DNA from: a virus
Virus record (IMG/VR): IMGVR_UViG_3300032082_001293
Reading direction: 5' to 3' (one strand)
Length of the DNA: 29,311 nucleotides
The number at the start of each line of letters is the position of its first letter. Position 1 is the stretch's first letter. Both the position numbers and the translations under genes were made by a program. Under the pieces are notes generated by a model that saw nothing but the letters and a program-made list of their open reading frames with translations, was not told the DNA's origin and made no database searches. Below are positions 26,537-29,311 of the stretch, piece by piece.

Positions 26537-27778
26537 TTAAAGACCGAACTGTTTTCTGTGTGCGATAAAGTTTTGTTTTACTTCTGCTTCTGAGAGAGCT
26601 CTGCTGTAAATTCTAAAAATAGGAATATCGTCTATACCATAATAAGCCCCAGATGGACTTCCCCCACTAAAATAAGTTCCAATCGGAAAAACGCCAGACT
26701 GCGTTACAGTTGTTTCTGTTTTAGAGAACGTCGATTTCACTCCATTTTTATACAGACTTACTACGCCCGCATTTATTGTGACACATATGTGTTGATAAAT
26801 GTCATAATCAGCAGTGGGTCGAGTTCCAGTAAATCCATCATTCCAACCAAAGCCACCCCAACCTACATCCCAATTACTACCAGTAATCCCAATATAAAAT
26901 CTTTCGCCGGATACATTTTGATGCCCAACGGGTATTCTTGTTGTATCAGTATCGTCTATTGGTCTAATCCAAAACTCTACCGATGTGCTGACTGAACCTG
27001 TACCAAACGTTGTTGCAGCATTAGGTAGCGTTATATATTGACCATTACCAAATCTAAATGTGCCATCACTATTATACGTAAGAGAATTAGCTGTTACGGT
27101 TTCATTACCTGTCAAATCAATAATCGCTTGGGTATTACTTCTCGTCCCATCAATAAACGGAGTGGCGAAACTACTAGCTTCCAATTGAGGGTCAAGAATT
27201 AATACACCAGAACCAGGCGTTCCAGCATACGCTACTAAACGAGTCGCAGAAGCGGAATTGATAACTGCATATGCCATTCTTCCTGCGCCAGGAGACGTAC
27301 TAGTTTCTGTATAGGTGCAACGATACCATCCAGAATATCGTCCACTTTTTATTAACTTAATTGTTGCCTTTGAAGCACCCGTACCCGAGATACTACCTTC
27401 TCCGGTCAAAGTGAAGTTAGCATATAAACTTACAGGAAATCCAGTTGAAGGTGATATTTGAAAATGTTCTCTCTCAACGGGCTTGACATAAATCGATTGT
27501 GTGTATTCAGTATCGTCTGTTAACGTGGTGTCTTTTAAAACATAATGTCCCACGTTAGCCGAAGTTTCTGTCATTTTAACTTCTGGAAGCGGGTCGTAAT
27601 ATGTAAATTCTATTGATGATGTGGTCCAAGTGTCGTATTGATTTACATATCCAGCAAACAAATTCGTCGTTGGTTTTCCTTTAAACGAACGAATCGTATT
27701 GGTCATATCGTAGTAAAAAATTAATGAACTATCATTAACGATTCTTTTACCAACCTGAGTTATTTTTGTCGTAGCCAT
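26537..27778 (-). CDS. LamG/concanavalin A-like domain protein with an inserted carbohydrate-binding-like module
   Basis: SVEFWIRP, YQHICVT, LYKNG and IFRIYSRALSEAEVKQNF motifs; insert spans YTQSIYVKP...GWYRC...PQLEASSFATPF. ATG at 27778 preferred. Confidence 0.85.
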   Translation of the reverse strand: MATTKITQVGKRIVNDSSLIFYYDMTNTIRSFKGKPTTNLFAGYVNQYDTWTTSSIEFTYYDPLPEVKMTETSANVGHYVLKDTTLTDDTEYTQSIYVKPVEREHFQISPSTGFPVSLYANFTLTGEGSISGTGASKATIKLIKSGRYSGWYRCTYTETSTSPGAGRMAYAVINSASATRLVAYAGTPGSGVLILDPQLEASSFATPFIDGTRSNTQAIIDLTGNETVTANSLTYNSDGTFRFGNGQYITLPNAATTFGTGSVSTSVEFWIRPIDDTDTTRIPVGHQNVSGERFYIGITGSNWDVGWGGFGWNDGFTGTRPTADYDIYQHICVTINAGVVSLYKNGVKSTFSKTETTVTQSGVFPIGTYFSGGSPSGAYYGIDDIPIFRIYSRALSEAEVKQNFIAHRKQFGL

Positions 27779-27805
27779 TATTGACAATACCTAAAGTTTA
27801 TACTA

Positions 27806-27813
27806 TATTTATT
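27806..27813 (-). promoter_or_regulatory. Late promoter AATAAATA overlapping the upstream stop codon
   Basis: Plus strand tatttatt; one mismatch to consensus. Confidence 0.65.
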
Positions 27814-28535
27814 CACAAACCAAACCTTGCTCGATGTGCTAAAAAGTTTTTACGAACCTCTGATTCTGACAATCCTTTATTATAAATTGAGAGTGGACCC
27901 ATCTTGCCATCAAAAAATCCTGTAACACGGCCACTTGAGTTTCCTATGGTTATGTCTCCATAGGTACCCCCTAAGATGTAATAATCATCATTACCATCAA
28001 AACTTACAAGACCAGTATCTAATTCACCATTCATATAAACGTTTGTGAAGGTATTGTGTTGTTTACACCAAACCACATGATACCACTGATTATAAGAAAA
28101 TGTACTTCCATAGAAATTATTGGTACTTCTAGCGCCAAAATTCATTCGAGGGTTTCCACCAGAAACCCCAACCTGCATACCTACGCCAACAGAAGTCGTA
28201 GAACCTATAATACTATCTGCACTTGTGGTAGTACCTTGAGATGTGCGAACGTATATCCAAGCTTCTAAAGTGTAGTCGCTTTGTCCTGTAGAACTTCCAC
28301 TGGTTAAGGTATTCGAGGTTTGATTAATATAAGAATTGTTCATATCAATCAGGTCATTAACGCCATCGAAATCAAACGTGCCGTCACTGATAGTAACGCC
28401 AGAGATTGTTCCGACTCGCCCACTTGCGACATCAGTAATACTAGAACCAGTCCCAGGATAGGACCTGAGACTGGCTGGGTCGATTCGCATTATCAAACCA
28501 TCGGTTGTAATCCTAGGCCCGTAACTAACTCCCAT
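27813..28535 (-). CDS. LamG/concanavalin A-like domain protein
   Basis: SYPGTG, FDFDGVND, YTLEAWIY, WYHVV, VYMNG and IYNKGLSESEVRKNF motifs. Confidence 0.9.
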   Translation of the reverse strand: MGVSYGPRITTDGLIMRIDPASLRSYPGTGSSITDVASGRVGTISGVTISDGTFDFDGVNDLIDMNNSYINQTSNTLTSGSSTGQSDYTLEAWIYVRTSQGTTTSADSIIGSTTSVGVGMQVGVSGGNPRMNFGARSTNNFYGSTFSYNQWYHVVWCKQHNTFTNVYMNGELDTGLVSFDGNDDYYILGGTYGDITIGNSSGRVTGFFDGKMGPLSIYNKGLSESEVRKNFLAHRARFGL

Positions 28536-29242
28536 TATACACCAAACCTTGCACGATGTGCTAAAAAGTTTTTACGAACTTCTCTTTCGGTCAAAACTCT
28601 AGAGTAGATTTTAATTGGGCCCATATAACCTGTCCATTCAGTTGATGTTGTGTAACGAGTTCCAATACGAAAGTTGGTTCGAATGTCTTCATCTACATTA
28701 TTGTTACCTGATACATTGGTTCTTTCTGTACCATCGATATACAATTTAGGACCAGTAGCATCACTTGTTATACAGAGATGTTGCCATCTATTAAGAAAAT
28801 CGGCATTGTTGGCATCATAAGTGGTGTCAAAATTGTATATAAAATTATTATGAAAATTAATATTACCACTTGTGTAATTGGAAAGAAACCAATTACCATT
28901 TTGATTGCGTCCATCAAAGAAATATTGTGTAGCTGAAGAGTTTTTATAATACCAGACATCGATTGACATTGCACCACTAATATTTAAGTCTTCATCGATG
29001 TTCATTCCACGTCCACCCGCAAAATCGAACACTCCACCGTTGATGGCGTTATATGCAGGAAAGTTTGCGGTATTGGGAGTATGTGTTCCAGCGTTCGGTT
29101 GACCATTAGCACCAGTCACCGCACCGCCTGTGATAATGTTAACACAAGAAGTATTGCCTGGCGTAAAACACCTAGTATTGCCAGCGTCTATGACAAACTT
29201 TAAACTGTCACTGACAATACTAGGCCCGTAACTAACTCCCAT
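28535..29242 (-). CDS. LamG/concanavalin A-like domain protein
   Basis: SIDVWY, WQHLCIT, LYIDG and KIYSRVLTEREVRKNF motifs; paralog of 27813..28535. Confidence 0.9.
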   Translation of the reverse strand: MGVSYGPSIVSDSLKFVIDAGNTRCFTPGNTSCVNIITGGAVTGANGQPNAGTHTPNTANFPAYNAINGGVFDFAGGRGMNIDEDLNISGAMSIDVWYYKNSSATQYFFDGRNQNGNWFLSNYTSGNINFHNNFIYNFDTTYDANNADFLNRWQHLCITSDATGPKLYIDGTERTNVSGNNNVDEDIRTNFRIGTRYTTSTEWTGYMGPIKIYSRVLTEREVRKNFLAHRARFGV

Positions 29243-29311
29243 CGGCCGGAAACTCCACTTCTAGTTTCTCGACATCCTTACGTTCTGCGAGAACCATATA
29301 GAAGCAGTTCA
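29232..29311 (-). CDS. 3' end of an upstream structural gene (partial)
   Basis: Manual translation ...NCFYMVLAERKDVEKLEVEFPADGS*. The CFYxVxAERKD ending is one I recognise from marine T4-like tail-region proteins; overlaps the next ATG by 11 nt. Confidence 0.7.
   Translation of the reverse strand, partial: NCFYMVLAERKDVEKLEVEFPADGS

Noticed and set aside
600-28607. Numerous short plus-strand ORFs and alternate-frame minus-strand ORFs in the track
   Set aside because: They lie antisense to or within well-supported genes and lack recognisable motifs; they are shadow ORFs produced by codon bias.
27813-29242. Diversity-generating retroelement TR/VR pair in the LamG repeats
   Set aside because: The repeats are short, show no adenine-specific mismatch pattern, and there is no reverse transcriptase in the window.
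1-29311. tRNA, rRNA or CRISPR arrays; stop-codon reassignment
   Set aside because: Intergenic gaps are short and show no cloverleaf or repeat-spacer pattern; core genes are full length in the standard code.

Overview
This window is a 29.3-kb piece of the late (virion morphogenesis) region of a T4-like myophage. All credible genes are on the minus strand. In transcription order (right to left) it encodes: a partial ORF; three LamG/ConA-like proteins; a 1601-aa tail fibre with a C-terminal S74 chaperone; a fibre-associated protein; two small virion ORFs; gp13-gp14-gp15-gp16-gp17-gp18-gp19-gp20; a ~9.1-kb seven-gene insertion; then gp67-like, a small head protein, gp21, gp22 and the 5' part of gp23. 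T4 late promoters (TATAAATA-type) and two cUNCGg terminators punctuate the region. The most unusual element is the insertion between portal and prohead-core genes. It encodes a collagen protein, three proteins that share an N-terminal domain and/or a C-terminal RNYxDPA tail in a complementary pattern suggesting a head-to-tail polymerising filament, an HTH protein, a CxxCxxCC Fe-S protein and an 827-aa protein. A D-S-[A/D] tripeptide is also conspicuously enriched in presumed surface-exposed virion proteins. All assignments come from motif recognition and synteny by eye; no database searches were run and counts are manual.
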